Origin: an uncultured Christensenella sp.
GTDB lineage: Bacteria; Bacillota; Clostridia; Christensenellales; UBA3700
Assembly (NCBI GenBank): GCA_949290515.1
Contig: CASERZ010000002.1
Location: 75,221 to 139,220 of the forward strand
Length of the DNA: 64,000 nucleotides
Direction: 5' to 3'
A program made the translations under genes and the position numbers. A model generated the notes under the pieces. That model was not told the origin of the DNA. It made no database searches and saw only the letters and a list, made by a program, of their open reading frames with translations. Numbering within the stretch: position 1 is the stretch's first letter; each line of letters begins with the position of its first letter. Shown one piece after another: positions 49,501-57,634 of this stretch.

Positions 49501-49669
49501 CGGAGGGAGCCGCATTACTGCTTATTACGCTTATGCCGTCTCCGAAACGAGATACTATATTGTCTTCTATTCTGAGATTGTTTTCAATCGTCGAACAAGC
49601 CGCGCAGAACAATACGAGCGCAGCAAGAATGAAAACAGTCAGCAACGTCAGCAAAACTTTTTTTCTCAT
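46562..49669 (-). CDS. Large secreted/cell-surface protein (1035 aa) of unknown function
   Basis: It has an N-terminal signal/lipobox-like sequence (LVLFCAACST) and a C-terminal TM anchor with a basic tail (ALIIPAVIAVALIGAAVADVVKKRKSRRL). The body is beta-rich. Residues 80-110 weakly resemble the N-terminal accessory domain of M60-like proteins, but no HEXXH is present. Confidence 0.75.
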   Translation of the reverse strand: MRKKVLLTLLTVFILAALVLFCAACSTIENNLRIEDNIVSRFGDGISVISSNAAPSDATEFKDVERVKMRVNVDARVGGYHLTGVYLPAGETLTVNVSSEIAQAGYRLRLNSFVYDRTNSTPIDSTEKKITSEKGGIVELWVPASATSDNSFDVIIEGGIVMPYYRMGRDTTEHIYVGDGKYSILDGENIRFYVPSDLLFDSQGECRVEDLYNTLLWWQSAVTFLNKATDMVSLKSNYSVRVAIGDYSQTPQINATTGAIEINTSYFENVLDFENLKVGKSWDLLYKICELKVGLSSGFEGVFAVDMIVDILTNIDCVMMTYSGYESTNSWLNNAYSCLEKTIELLSVPESERDENHSQNVMRAFFINILHSFGVDKTLDILIEYSHASKESENGEMTIDEFALSMSKILQRDMTFYFEMFRQGLTEDMGLSQSTVDKMKGKQVYIPVQSKYAVGGNNEFYDLGYTVPMGESTAFDFQNSIISFVDGWNVYKVESDTTRWTQEDGIFYYNPITSKLVDDYTIYLKNGEYSAVLYGRLNVNISTAVYKVYEGWTFSNMSTALEDAIQSYSKRKPDHVGSIDYAGINRYEDDAEQDSDDNTYVFTVTDGCMSVPESGNYTIYLKNTGLCQVEFGVQKYMFDMFANSLPVTDYTDYLSYNIELDSNKTYEFKIYMLSTKGEGSAMLGIRYNDGEDKTIRDIDDSYLIYRGLTKDDIVEYQPPSIYPDGYTEMDEFYQSYDINEKNFVQYPQAVVTSGLNQAFDSLSTSYYVANDKKNEYVFVIDLGKSTRTEYFSFAVKESMAGAKVSIFGADKNASDKYKKVAVDGGEYELEAGVNVISYSPVTARYLKIVISADETFECAFTDFKTGQHFEKSTIVANTSSSLSYMGGWNNVFGYVSLNGSVSQSVGNNSVISFTAVCRQICLYGVKDSIYGKMDVYVDGSHYTTIDLYNATPVTNTLIFAIDFDTTREHSIKIMPAEKGDVINLDYISYIPETEEEINANTDSLLYALIIPAVIAVALIGAAVADVVKKRKSRRL

Positions 49670-49884
49670 TTCCTCTCCTGTAAATTACCCGAGCGGGTGG
49701 ATTACATAATTAGTTTACTACAAACCTAAAAAAATTACAATTAAAAAAAGTATATAATTTGTCTGCGCGATAATTTGTCTGCGCGCACAGGTTTTAGGTA
49801 TCAACGCTTTCTTATAAACAGCTGAAATTGCTCGAATATCCTGAATAAGCGTTTGTCCTCTGTTTTGGATTATTTGCCCGCATT

Positions 49885-49920
49885 AAAAAAAATCGAAGCC
49901 CGAATTGCTTCGGGCTTCGA
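49885..49920 (-). terminator. Terminator of hpf
   Basis: Minus strand reads TCGAAGCCCGAA-GCAA-TTCGGGCTTCGA followed by T8. Confidence 0.75.
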
Positions 49921-49937
49921 ATCTGTTTTTATCTTAA

Positions 49938-50459
49938 TCAATATTCGGCTTCTATGCAACCGAGATTGCCTGCCTTTCTCTTATACAGTACGTTGACTTT
50001 TCCCGTCTTGTCGTTGAGGAAGACGTAAAAATCGTGGTCTGTAAGTTCCATATCCGCAACCGCCTCTTCGAGGTCGATTTTCTTGAGTGCCATAGATTTG
50101 GTACGTATGACTTCCATTCTGGGTTGCTCCGACTGAGGATACATACTTGCTTCGTCGAAAGCACTCTTCTTGAGCTTGCTGAGTTTTGTGCGGTATTTTC
50201 TTATCTGTCCCTCTATCTTGGGAAGTGCGAGGTCTATATTGTTATACATATTATCGGAAGCCACTTCGCTTCTTACCATATTGTTGCCGAAGAAGATGGT
50301 GATTTCCATTACGTATCTTTCTTTACCCGTTTCTTTGAGGAAAATTTTTGCGACGGCATCGTCTTCGAAGTATCTCGAAAATTTTTCCATTTTCTTGTTG
50401 ATGACTTCCTCGAGTCTGTCCGTAAGTCTATAATTTCTTGCAATTATTTCAATCTTCAT
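49938..50459 (-). CDS. hpf: Ribosome hibernation promoting factor (long form)
   Basis: 173 aa from ATG 50459 (MKIEIIARNYRLTDRL) with GGAGG upstream. It has an S30AE N-domain plus a C-terminal dimerisation domain (FYVFLNDKTGKVNVLYKRK). Confidence 0.9.
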   Translation of the reverse strand: MKIEIIARNYRLTDRLEEVINKKMEKFSRYFEDDAVAKIFLKETGKERYVMEITIFFGNNMVRSEVASDNMYNNIDLALPKIEGQIRKYRTKLSKLKKSAFDEASMYPQSEQPRMEVIRTKSMALKKIDLEEAVADMELTDHDFYVFLNDKTGKVNVLYKRKAGNLGCIEAEY

Positions 50460-50750
50460 ATAATTGCCCTCCTTATATAATTTGAGATATTCGCATATCC
50501 CGAAACTTAGAAAATTTTTATCGTCTTTATTATAACATATCAAACAAACAAAAAAAAGGGGGTTTTGATAAATTTGTTGTAAAATCAACGATATTTTTTT
50601 TGATGCTTGATTTAACCGACACATATCCGTCAAAAGCACAACACCTATATGATTTTTTGCCAAATTTTTCTTTTCGTATGCTAGTGTAATATTTTATAAA
50701 AATTTTTAAGGTACCGAAAGGCTGTTTTTACGTTGAAAGACTGCTTTAAC

Positions 50751-50780
50751 AAAAAAAGACGGAAGCTTTTGCCTCCGTCT
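50751..50780 (-). terminator. Terminator of the ctsR-clpC operon
   Basis: Minus strand reads AGACGGAGGC-AAAA-GCTTCCGTCT followed by T7. The G-T wobble is valid only on the minus strand. Confidence 0.7.
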
Positions 50781-50792
50781 TTTTGCTTAGAC

Positions 50793-53387
50793 TTATTTGT
50801 CTGAGTTCTTATCCGAACCGCCCTTATCTTCTTCAGGCTTTTTAATTTCTACGTCCTCGGATTTGATTTCCTTCACCTCGGGTTGGGGCTCGGCTTTCTC
50901 ATCGGACTTTTTGCTTGCCGACTTCTTTTCGGACTGAACTTTTGCTCCTTTCTTTGCAAACGTGAGCGCACCGTCCTTTTCGTCGACTTCGATTTCGTCG
51001 CCGATTGCAAATTCGCCTTTAAGAATTCTCTCGCTGAGTTCGTCTTCGACCATTCTCTGCAAAGCTCTTCTCAAAGGTCTTGCGCCGTACTCCTTGTTGG
51101 AGCCTTTTTCGACGATGAGTTTCTTTGCATTGTCGCTGATATCGATATTGATATTCTTCTCCTTAAGACGCTTCTTGAGCGAGTCCGCCATAATATTGAT
51201 AATCTTGGACATATCCTTATCTTCGAGCGCACGGAAGATGATTATATCGTCGATACGGTTGATAAACTCGGGCTTCAAGGTTCTCTTGAGAGCTTCCATC
51301 TGTACTTCTCTCATTCTCTCGTAGTTATCCGCCTCTGCCTGCGTACCGAAGCCCAACGAAGGCATTGCCTTTATTTCGCTCGCGCCGATATTGGAAGTCA
51401 TAATGATTATGGTATTCTTGAAGTCTACCTTTCTTCCGTGCGAATCGGTAAGAATACCGTCGTCGAGGATTTGCAAGAGAATATTGAATACCTCGGGGTG
51501 AGCCTTTTCGATTTCATCGAAGAGCACTACGGAATAAGGTTTTCTTCTTACTTTTTCGGTGAGCTGTCCGCCCTCGTCGAAGCCTACGTAACCAGGCGCA
51601 GAGCCTATGAGTTTGGATACGCTGATTTTATCCATATACTCGGACATATCCACTCTTATCATAAGGCTTTCGTCACCGAACATTGCCTCGGCAAGCGCTT
51701 TGGATAATTCTGTCTTACCTACGCCGGTAGGTCCTAAGAATATAAACGAACCGATAGGTCTTTTGGGGTCTTTGATACCCACTCTCGCACGTCTGACCGC
51801 TCTTGCGACAGCCTCTACCGCCTCGTCCTGTCCGACTACTCTCTTCTTGAGAATTTCTTCCATTCCGAGCAGTTTTTCGCTTTCCGTCTGAGTAATCTTG
51901 GTTACGGGGATTTTGGTCCACGAAGATACGATATTGGCTATATCGGTATCGTCAATAGAGAGTTCCTGTTTGGTCTTCTCTTTTGTCCAGCCGCTCTTCA
52001 TCTCCTTGAGTTGCTGTTTCTTCTTGTCGAGTTCGTCGTTGAGCTGTTTTGCCTTGTCGAATTCCCTCATCTTCGAATAGCTGTCGATTGCCTCGTCGAG
52101 TTTCTTTATATCGTCCTCGATTGCCTTTATATCGGTAGGCATTACCGAGCCGCTTATTCTCTTTCTCGAAGCCGCCTCGTCGATAAGGTCTATTGCCTTA
52201 TCAGGCAAGAATCTGTCATTGATGTATCTGTCGGACATTACTGCTGCCGCCTCGATTGCCGAGTCGAGAATCTTTACGCCGTGATGCTCTTCGTACTTGC
52301 TCTTCAAGCCCTGCAAAATAACAATGGTATCCTTTACTGAAGGGGGGTCTACCGCAACCGTCTGGAATCTTCTCTCGAGCGCGCTGTCTTTCTCGAAATA
52401 CTTTCTGTATTCCTCGAGAGTGGTCGCGCCGATAGTCTGCAATTCGCCTCTTGCAAGCTGAGGCTTGAGAATATTAGCCGCGTCCATACTGCCGCCCTCG
52501 CTGCTTCCCGCGCCTACAATGGTATGAATTTCGTCGATAAACAGTATGATATTGCCCTCTTTGTTGAGATATTCGAGTGCTTTTTTGAGCCTTTCTTCAA
52601 AATCGCCTCTGTACTTTGTACCTGCAAGCAAGCTTGCCATATCGAGAGAGAATACCTTTTTGTTTTTAAGCTGTTCGGGTACTTTGCCTTCTACGATAGC
52701 CTGTGCAAGTCCTTCGACTACCGCGCTCTTACCTACGCCCGGCTCACCTATCAATATAGGATTGTTTTTCTTTCTTCTCGAAAGTATCTCGATGATACGC
52801 TCTATCTCTGCGTCTCTTCCGATTACGGGGTCGAGCTTGCCTTCTTTCGCTTTTTTGGTCAAATCTTCTCCGAGACCCGAAAGAGGATTGTCAGAATCGG
52901 ATATATCCGACGAGGACGAGCCTCCGCCCATAGAAAATTTAGAAGAGTTGCCCTCACCCTGAGCTTTGCTCATCAATATATCTATAGCCTCTTCGCCTAT
53001 CTCCTCGGGATTGATGCCCGCGTGTCTTAAACCTCTGCAAGCAAAAGAGTTTGCGTCAGAAAGCGAACAAGCCAGCAAAGCTATGGAGTTTATTTTGTTG
53101 AATCCGAACGTCGAGCATATATCCCACGCATTGGAGATAGCTCCCGCCACTCTTTCGCTGAATTCGCATCTTGCCACTACCTGTCCGTTTTGCTCTATGA
53201 GCAAGTTGACGATGCTTTCGTCCACGCCGTGTTTAGCAAGCAGTTTGCCAGCTCCCGTCTTGGGACACGAAGCCATCGCGCATATGATATGCTCCGTACC
53301 TATAATACCTCCGCTCTTGGCAGCAAGTCTGCCTGCGGTCTCTATAATCTTGTTACATTCTTCGTCCATTCTGTTAATCATATTCAC
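50793..53387 (-). CDS. clpC: ATP-dependent Clp protease ATP-binding subunit ClpC
   Basis: 864 aa with a GTG start. It has a Clp_N domain, two AAA+ modules (GEPGVGKSA; GPTGVGKTE) and a UVR-like linker. It sits in a ctsR-mcsA-mcsB context. Confidence 0.95.
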   Translation of the reverse strand: MNMINRMDEECNKIIETAGRLAAKSGGIIGTEHIICAMASCPKTGAGKLLAKHGVDESIVNLLIEQNGQVVARCEFSERVAGAISNAWDICSTFGFNKINSIALLACSLSDANSFACRGLRHAGINPEEIGEEAIDILMSKAQGEGNSSKFSMGGGSSSSDISDSDNPLSGLGEDLTKKAKEGKLDPVIGRDAEIERIIEILSRRKKNNPILIGEPGVGKSAVVEGLAQAIVEGKVPEQLKNKKVFSLDMASLLAGTKYRGDFEERLKKALEYLNKEGNIILFIDEIHTIVGAGSSEGGSMDAANILKPQLARGELQTIGATTLEEYRKYFEKDSALERRFQTVAVDPPSVKDTIVILQGLKSKYEEHHGVKILDSAIEAAAVMSDRYINDRFLPDKAIDLIDEAASRKRISGSVMPTDIKAIEDDIKKLDEAIDSYSKMREFDKAKQLNDELDKKKQQLKEMKSGWTKEKTKQELSIDDTDIANIVSSWTKIPVTKITQTESEKLLGMEEILKKRVVGQDEAVEAVARAVRRARVGIKDPKRPIGSFIFLGPTGVGKTELSKALAEAMFGDESLMIRVDMSEYMDKISVSKLIGSAPGYVGFDEGGQLTEKVRRKPYSVVLFDEIEKAHPEVFNILLQILDDGILTDSHGRKVDFKNTIIIMTSNIGASEIKAMPSLGFGTQAEADNYERMREVQMEALKRTLKPEFINRIDDIIIFRALEDKDMSKIINIMADSLKKRLKEKNINIDISDNAKKLIVEKGSNKEYGARPLRRALQRMVEDELSERILKGEFAIGDEIEVDEKDGALTFAKKGAKVQSEKKSASKKSDEKAEPQPEVKEIKSEDVEIKKPEEDKGGSDKNSDK

Positions 53388-53409
53388 ACCTCACTTTAAC
53401 GCTTTTGCG

Positions 53410-54408
53410 TTATGCTTTTTTGGTCAGAGTTTCTCTTACGAGCCTCGACCTGTATATATCTCTGTCGCTTACCGACAGCTCCTTGCCCACGTTGTAACAC
53501 AAGGTATTTTTTTGCGTATCCGTTACGAGTTTGTTAAGTACTTTTATGTCCTGTTTTATAAACCCGTAATCTACGCCCAGTTTTACCATAGCGATATTTC
53601 GCATAAATTCCTGAGAGGATATTTTCTTTGCAAACAGCAAAGTGCCGTATGCTCTCATTATCTCGTCCTCGAGGTCTATGCCCCTTCGCGACAGCAACAA
53701 ACTCCTGTTTTGCTCTTCCATATCGCACAGCTTATCGACTACGCTCTTGACGATATTGAGTATTTCCTGCTCGCTTCTTCCGACGGCAGCCTGATTGCTG
53801 ACCTGATACATATATCCGTCCGCCGTAGAGCCTTCGCCGTAAACGCCTCTGATTGCCACGCCGTGGTCGTTCATCTTGCGTATAATCGCGTCAATCGTAT
53901 GCGTCATAGTCAATGCAGGCAAAAACATCATCACCGAAGCTCTCATTCCCGCACCGAGATTTGTAGGACAAGCCGTCAGATGACCGTACCCCTCTTTAAA
54001 AGCTATATCGAGCTTGCCTCTCAAAGCCTTGTCTATGTCGAGAAGTTTTTTGTATGCGTCGTCGAGTGCGTATCCCTGAAGAATACATTGCTCTCTCAAA
54101 TGGTCCTCTTCGTTTATCATAACAGATATCGTCTTATCCGCGCTGAGCACTACGCCGCCGTACTCGCTCTTGCAAAGCAAGGGACTTATAAGATGGTTTT
54201 CGATAAGCACGTTTGCGTCGAGATTTTTGAGCTTAGGGATATAGTAAAGACTGTTTTTGAATTTTGAGTCGCATACTTCTTTTACCGTATCGAAAAGCTC
54301 TTTGAGCTTAGGTTCGTTTCCGACAAGCTTTTGAGGAAAAGGAAGATTGTTGATATTTCTGGCAAAACGTATTCTGCTGGATATTACAATATTATCAGTC
54401 TTAGCCAT
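53410..54408 (-). CDS. mcsB: Protein arginine kinase McsB
   Basis: 332 aa with a phosphagen-kinase-like core (NEEDHLR...LTACPTNLGAGMRASVM). Confidence 0.93.
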   Translation of the reverse strand: MAKTDNIVISSRIRFARNINNLPFPQKLVGNEPKLKELFDTVKEVCDSKFKNSLYYIPKLKNLDANVLIENHLISPLLCKSEYGGVVLSADKTISVMINEEDHLREQCILQGYALDDAYKKLLDIDKALRGKLDIAFKEGYGHLTACPTNLGAGMRASVMMFLPALTMTHTIDAIIRKMNDHGVAIRGVYGEGSTADGYMYQVSNQAAVGRSEQEILNIVKSVVDKLCDMEEQNRSLLLSRRGIDLEDEIMRAYGTLLFAKKISSQEFMRNIAMVKLGVDYGFIKQDIKVLNKLVTDTQKNTLCYNVGKELSVSDRDIYRSRLVRETLTKKA

Positions 54409-54943
54409 TGTTTTTTCCTCCTTCGAGTTCTCTTATTTTAGCGTCGATTGCTTTCGCTTTGTCAAAATCTCTTGCTTTGACGGCTTCGCCGAGCAATTTA
54501 TTGAGCGCGGGCAAATCCTCTTTTGTCATCTCGCTTAGACGTCTCTTTTTAGGAGTATTAGCAGTCTTTTCGCTGCCTGCATACTCTCCCTTGTATTCCT
54601 GACCTCTCAAATCGGAGAAAAATTCTTTTGCCCTGTCCGCAAAAACGTTGTAGCATTCACTGCAACCGAATTTGTATTTGGATATCAACTCGCTTTCAGT
54701 CATACCGCACTTAGGACAAACTCTTTCTTTGATTTTGTTATAGCCTATCCTTGCGGGAGAAAAGTCGTCGAAGTCAAAGTCCATATCGAAAAGATTAGCC
54801 ATATTTCCGAAAATGGAATTTGCCGCGCTGTAAAGATTGTACTTTTCGGCGCAATCGTTGCAGACGTTGATTGTATCATTGTCGATTTTTATAAAAATCG
54901 TAGCAGGTTTTTTATTGCAAACCTCACACATTTTATCTGCCAT
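54401..54943 (-). CDS. mcsA: McsA (zinc-finger / UVR-motif activator of McsB)
   Basis: 180 aa with CEVC...CNDC and CPKC...CSEC zinc fingers and a C-terminal UVR-like helix (LNKLLGEAVKARDFDKAKAIDAKIREL). Confidence 0.88.
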   Translation of the reverse strand: MADKMCEVCNKKPATIFIKIDNDTINVCNDCAEKYNLYSAANSIFGNMANLFDMDFDFDDFSPARIGYNKIKERVCPKCGMTESELISKYKFGCSECYNVFADRAKEFFSDLRGQEYKGEYAGSEKTANTPKKRRLSEMTKEDLPALNKLLGEAVKARDFDKAKAIDAKIRELEGGKNNG

Positions 54944-54952
54944 TTTATTCTC

Positions 54953-55408
54953 TTACCTCCTCATCAGACCGATTACTATTTCTTTAAAAATATTTTTTCT
55001 CATCTTTCCTACGTGGGCGGGAAAATTGAGTGCCTTGTCACTAAGCGCGCTCTTGATTATGTCGCCCTCTTCTTTTGTGATTACCTCGTCTCTTACGAGT
55101 CTGTCGGTAAAGTTGCTTGCCCTGTTGAAAGTCAACACGTCTATATTGTCGAGTTCCTGAACGAGTTCGGGCAAAATATCCTCTTTGTTGTCGCTAATTC
55201 TCACCAGAGTGATACAACCGCCGCCGCCTCTCTTACTTTCGATGATATATCCTTTGTCGAAGTTAAAGCGCGTAGCAAGTACGTAATTTATCTGGCTGGG
55301 AGCGACGGAGAAATAATGCGCTAAATCGTTTCTCGAAAGTTTGACCGATTCGTCATCGCTCAAGACAGATAATATAAACTGTTCGATTTCGTCCGATATG
55401 CTAGCCAT
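54953..55408 (-). CDS. ctsR: Transcriptional repressor CtsR
   Basis: 151 aa with an N-terminal wHTH (SRNDLAHYFSVAPSQINYVLATRF) and the glycine-rich loop ESKRGGGGCI. Confidence 0.93.
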   Translation of the reverse strand: MASISDEIEQFILSVLSDDESVKLSRNDLAHYFSVAPSQINYVLATRFNFDKGYIIESKRGGGGCITLVRISDNKEDILPELVQELDNIDVLTFNRASNFTDRLVRDEVITKEEGDIIKSALSDKALNFPAHVGKMRKNIFKEIVIGLMRR

Positions 55409-55728
55409 ATTCTCAATCCTCCTTTAAATCAATAATATTATTCAAAATTTATTCAGATAATCAATTCAATGTTACGTAATCAATTCGTTGTAGCGTTGTT
55501 GTGTTGTTGATACAATTCGTATTACCCGCTTTGTTTCAATACATTTTTTCGATATGTATATCTGATATAATGATATGTTTTGTTATATGTATCGCTTTTG
55601 CACGTAATATTGATTGATACTCTTTAGTTTGGTTGTTAGCTACAGTTACAAAATAATAATTTGAACATTGTTCAGTTTTATTATCTTGCTCACCTAAGGT
55701 CTTTCGCAAGCCTACCCCACGCTTATGG

Positions 55729-55746
55729 TTTGACTTTCTTTGACCT
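55729..55746 (-). promoter_or_regulatory. CtsR box (heptad direct repeat)
   Basis: Minus strand AGGTCAAAGAAAGTCAAA matches A/GGTCAAA-NAN-A/GGTCAAA. It lies just downstream of the -10. Confidence 0.8.
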
Positions 55747-55755
55747 TTCGTAAAC

Positions 55756-55783
55756 ATTATAGCACTTCACTAGCGTTTGTCAA
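55756..55783 (-). promoter_or_regulatory. Promoter TTGACA-16-TATAAT of the ctsR operon
   Basis: On the minus strand the -35 is at 55778-55783 and the -10 at 55756-55761. It lies about 340 nt upstream of the ctsR ATG. Confidence 0.7.
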
Positions 55784-55914
55784 TAGCTTTTTGTCATCTT
55801 TTTTGTAAAAACTATGTAAAATCATTGACGATAATTGCCATTTTTCGGTTAAATAGGCAGTTTATAGGCGATTTCACACTCATATCTTTGAGGGCGCGGC
55901 GTTAAAAAACAGAT

Positions 55915-55933
55915 ATTTGAACATTGTTCAAAT
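55915..55933. promoter_or_regulatory. 19-bp perfect palindrome ATTTGAACATTGTTCAAAT (candidate operator)
   Basis: Perfect dyad in intergenic DNA. A 13-bp core copy TGAACATTGTTCA occurs at 55662-55674. Confidence 0.4.
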
Positions 55934-56321
55934 TGTTTGATATGCCCTAATATGCTTATATTTTTACTTTTGACCTTCACCGCCTTTATTGACTTTATTG
56001 CACATATCATACAAATCATACTTGCCTCTCTTTTCCAACTCACCGCACTTGCCATACTCATCGAGCTTACTATATTTATTTCTTTCAACTTTTAATTTTG
56101 TCTCTATTTGCTCGGTATTTCCGTCTATTTGTTTTCTATCCACATACCGCGCTCAATCAATCTAATGCCATATACTACTATTCTAAACTTATTTGCTTCA
56201 TATTCTAACCCCTATGTTTAAATTCTAACCTATTCTTTATTCCACTTATCTGATTTTATCCGATATCGCAGTTTTACAGGTTCTTTCGCCCGTCTTTAAA
56301 ACAATAAATTTAAAATAAGCG

Positions 56322-56350
56322 TTGATTTATGTCTTCTTATGGTATATAAT
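56322..56350 (+). promoter_or_regulatory. galU promoter TTGATT-17-TATAAT
   Basis: The -35 is at 56322-56327 and the -10 at 56345-56350. Confidence 0.55.
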
Positions 56351-56415
56351 GGAATATATACATATAATATATGTGTATATTACATTCAATTACTGTCAGC
56401 CATTCAGGAGTATAT

Positions 56416-57285
56416 ATGAGTAAGATTAAAAAAGCGGTTATTCCCGCCGCAGGATTCGGTACGAGATTTTTACCCGTAACGAAAGCCATTCCCAAAGAGA
56501 TGTTGCCAATTGTCGACACGCCTACTCTGCAGTACGTTGTCGAAGAAGCCGTAAAAAGCGGTATCAATGAGATTCTCATAATTCTCGGCAAAAACAAAAA
56601 ATGCATAGAAGACCACTTCGATATTTCCGTCGAACTCGAACAACTTCTTCAACGCACAGGCAAAACCGACTACTTGAAGCAAGTGCACGACATAAGCAAT
56701 ATGGCGCATATCTACTACGTAAGGCAAAAGGAGATGAACGGCAGCGGTATGGCGGTACTCGAGGCAGAAGCATTTGTCGGCAACGAGCCTTTCGCAGTAC
56801 TCTACGGCGACGACATTATCTACAATCCCGAAAAGCCTTGCCTTAAACAGCTTATGGACGCCTACGAAACTACAGGCAAAATTATTCTGGGCTGTCAGAA
56901 CGTACCGAGAGAAGAAGCCCCTAAATACGGTATTATTCAGCCCGGCAATACTAAGGGCAAATACACCGAGATTAAAAAGCTCGTCGAAAAGCCCCCTATC
57001 GACAAACTTCCCTCTACGCTTGCCAGCATAGGAAGATATATCCTCACCCCCGACGTGTTCGATATCCTAAAGCACACCCCCGCTATGCCCAACGGCGAAG
57101 TGTGCCTAACGGACGCAATACAGACGATTGCCGACACTACGGGCGCATATGCCTACACTTTTGACGGCAAGCGTTATGACGTAGGCGACAAACTCGGATA
57201 TATTCAGGCAACCGTTGAATACGGTCTTAGAGACGAAAACCTCAAAGAGGGATTAAAAAAATATCTCAAAAGCCTTAAGCTGTAA
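56416..57285 (+). CDS. galU: UTP--glucose-1-phosphate uridylyltransferase
   Basis: 289 aa from ATG 56416 (MSKIKKAVIPAAGFGTRFLPVTKAIPKEMLPIVD) with AGGAG upstream. Confidence 0.93.
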   Translation: MSKIKKAVIPAAGFGTRFLPVTKAIPKEMLPIVDTPTLQYVVEEAVKSGINEILIILGKNKKCIEDHFDISVELEQLLQRTGKTDYLKQVHDISNMAHIYYVRQKEMNGSGMAVLEAEAFVGNEPFAVLYGDDIIYNPEKPCLKQLMDAYETTGKIILGCQNVPREEAPKYGIIQPGNTKGKYTEIKKLVEKPPIDKLPSTLASIGRYILTPDVFDILKHTPAMPNGEVCLTDAIQTIADTTGAYAYTFDGKRYDVGDKLGYIQATVEYGLRDENLKEGLKKYLKSLKL

Positions 57286-57308
57286 TTTGATTTGAAACAT
57301 CGAAAAAA

Positions 57309-57336
57309 TGCGGAGCATATCTACTCCGCATTTTTA
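57309..57336 (+). terminator. galU terminator
   Basis: TGCGGAG-CATATCTA-CTCCGCA-TTTTT. Confidence 0.7.
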
Positions 57337-57587
57337 TTAGCACATTTTCAAAAAGCCCGCTCAATATTTGAAATAAATCAAGCTTTATAAAAATATCCTC
57401 TCTCCCGACATATCCGAATTATAAATATAACCACGCTCGCAAATACGTACGCAAAACTTATTTAAGGCAATCAATATCACAACAAATAACAAATCTGATA
57501 TTTTAGTATATTCATTACGATAGTCGCATTTCAATATAATCCTTATTTTTCATATCCATTTAACTATATTATAAATATTTAAATTAT

Positions 57588-57628
57588 GCAAACAAATGTT
57601 TGCGTTTTGCTTATACAAGTGCTATACT
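57588..57628 (+). promoter_or_regulatory. dinB promoter (TTGCGT-17-TGcTATACT) overlapped by a LexA-box-like palindrome GCAAACA-AA-TGTTTGC
   Basis: The palindrome is at 57588-57603, the -35 at 57600-57605, the -10 at 57623-57628 and the ATG at 57635. Confidence 0.5.
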
Positions 57629-57634
57629 TTGAGT

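Noticed and set aside
46562-49669. Calling the 1035-aa protein an M60/enhancin metallopeptidase
   Set aside because: No HEXXH motif occurs anywhere in the translation. Only a weak N-terminal resemblance exists, so the function is left unknown.
55662-55674. TGAACATTGTTCA as a cre site or LexA (Cheo) box
   Set aside because: The dyad has an odd 13-bp length (6-1-6). A cre site needs a 14-mer with central CG, and the SOS box needs GAAC-N4-GTTC. The spacing does not fit either.
55536-56088. 73-aa and 79-aa minus-strand ORFs in the ctsR-galU spacer
   Set aside because: The first begins within the -10/CtsR-box region, and the second has no RBS and spans the 19-bp palindrome. Both translations are AT-rich and low in information.
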